From assembly GCA_047602405.1 (NCBI GenBank), contig JASGHJ010000001.1:480001-544000 (forward strand): DNA of 64,000 bases, given 5' to 3'. The stretch is from Anaeromyxobacteraceae bacterium. GTDB lineage: Bacteria > Myxococcota > Myxococcia > Myxococcales > Anaeromyxobacteraceae. The position numbers and the translations under genes are program-made. Positions 62,993 to 64,000 of this stretch are shown piece after piece (position 1 is the stretch's first letter; every line of letters begins with the position of its first letter). The notes under the pieces were generated by a model. It was not told the DNA's origin. It did not search any database and saw only the letters and a list, made by a program, of their open reading frames with translations.

Positions 62993-64000
62993 CTACTCGC
63001 CCGCCGCCTTGAGCTCGCCGGTCGTGACCCGCAGCCGGTAGGAGATCACCCGCGCGATGCGCGCGGGCAGCTCCGCGCCGAGCGCCGGCTCGTCCTCCAG
63101 CGCGGCCTCGAAGCCGGTCCGGTCGAGGACGAAGACCTCGGTGTCCACCGTCGCGGTCGCGTTCGCGGAGCGCGGCCGCGCGTCCACGAACGCGAGCTCG
63201 CCGAAGACGTCGCCGCGGCCGAACGCGCCGATCATGAGCTCGCGGCCGCCCGCCGCCGGCACCGCCACGCGCACGCGGCCGAGGCGGACCATGTACAGGG
63301 CGTCCCCGGGGTCGCCGGCGCGGAACACCGGCTGGCCCGCCGGCACGGCCACCGTGCGGACCCGCCGCTCGATCGCCGCGAGCGACGCGGGCGGGAGCCC
63401 CGCCAGGAGGTCCGTCTCGGAGAGCTCGAGCCGGCGGTGCACCACCCGCTCGTCGAGGTGGAGCTCGAGGAGCTGCTCCTCCATCCACTCGAGCGCCTCG
63501 TCGCGGCTCGTGAAGAGGCGCGGCGGCGGCGCCCCGGGGTCGACCGACACGTCCGCGAGCGCGGCCTCGAGCTCGTCGGGGGCGCGCGAGCCCGCGAGGA
63601 GGAGCCGCGCGCCGCGCCCGGCGAGGCGCGCCTGCGCCTGGGCGAGGATGCGCGCGGCGGTGAGGTCGACGTCGGACACGCGGGCGAGGTCGAGCAGCAC
63701 GAAGCGGCAGCGCGCGAGGTCCGGGCCGAGCTCGGTGAGCAGGCGGTCGGCGGTGCCGAAGAAGAGGTCGCCCTGCAGGGTCACCACCGCGGCCTCCGGG
63801 CCGTGCGCGGTGAGCACCTGGTCCTCGGGCGGGAGCCGGCGCCGGGTCGAGCGCGTGCGGGCGAGGTCGCCCCGCGCGCGCACCGGCGACTGGCCCATCC
63901 GATCGCGCAGGAAGAGGACGATGACGAGCGCGATGCCGGCCCCCGCGGCGACGACGAGCCCCCGCCAGAGCGCGATCGCGACGACCGCCGCCACCACCGC
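62993..64000 (-). CDS. SulP-family transporter C-terminus with STAS and cNMP-binding domains (partial)
   Basis: LQGDLFFGTA, DLARVSDVDLTA, FGELAF...PRSA. Confidence 0.85.
   Translation of the reverse strand, partial: AVVAAVVAIALWRGLVVAAGAGIALVIVLFLRDRMGQSPVRARGDLARTRSTRRRLPPEDQVLTAHGPEAAVVTLQGDLFFGTADRLLTELGPDLARCRFVLLDLARVSDVDLTAARILAQAQARLAGRGARLLLAGSRAPDELEAALADVSVDPGAPPPRLFTSRDEALEWMEEQLLELHLDERVVHRRLELSETDLLAGLPPASLAAIERRVRTVAVPAGQPVFRAGDPGDALYMVRLGRVRVAVPAAGGRELMIGAFGRGDVFGELAFVDARPRSANATATVDTEVFVLDRTGFEAALEDEPALGAELPARIARVISYRLRVTTGELKAAGE

Overview
Very GC-rich bacterial chromosome segment; gene content and order suggest a Myxococcota, Anaeromyxobacter-like organism (inference). 1-34.8 kb is mostly housekeeping: rfbB, gmd, asd, truA, a polyprenyl synthetase, a Wzi/tailspike-like gene pair, an M16 peptidase, a futalosine-pathway menaquinone cluster (mqnD divergent from ubiD-ubiE-ubiX-mqnE-mqnA::mqnC fusion-deaminase-ubiA-GbsR/MarR regulator), prfA, prmC, murA, hisG and a poly-HAMP chemoreceptor. 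A tRNA-Gly(CCC) at 34865-34940 has its 3' half repeated at 47975-48021 and 51066-51110, delimiting two tandem islands. Island 1 (~13 kb) has a tyrosine integrase, two excisionase-like HTH genes, a Schlafen/AlbA_2-HATPase protein, an IS481, a complete IS21 with a third Cys-rich ORF, IS debris and an origin-like hairpin/iteron region. Island 2 (~3.1 kb) has no integrase and carries a RelE-type toxin-antitoxin pair plus two translationally coupled Pol-beta (RlaP-like) nucleotidyltransferases, the best candidate for an undescribed defence or RNA-repair system. Other signals: a TTCAAC-N5-TTGAA palindrome shared by the menaquinone operon and the polyprenyl synthetase, a REP-like palindromic family nested in-frame inside two protein genes, and three single-base frameshifts that may be assembly errors. 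All family assignments come from motif recognition by eye, not database searches.
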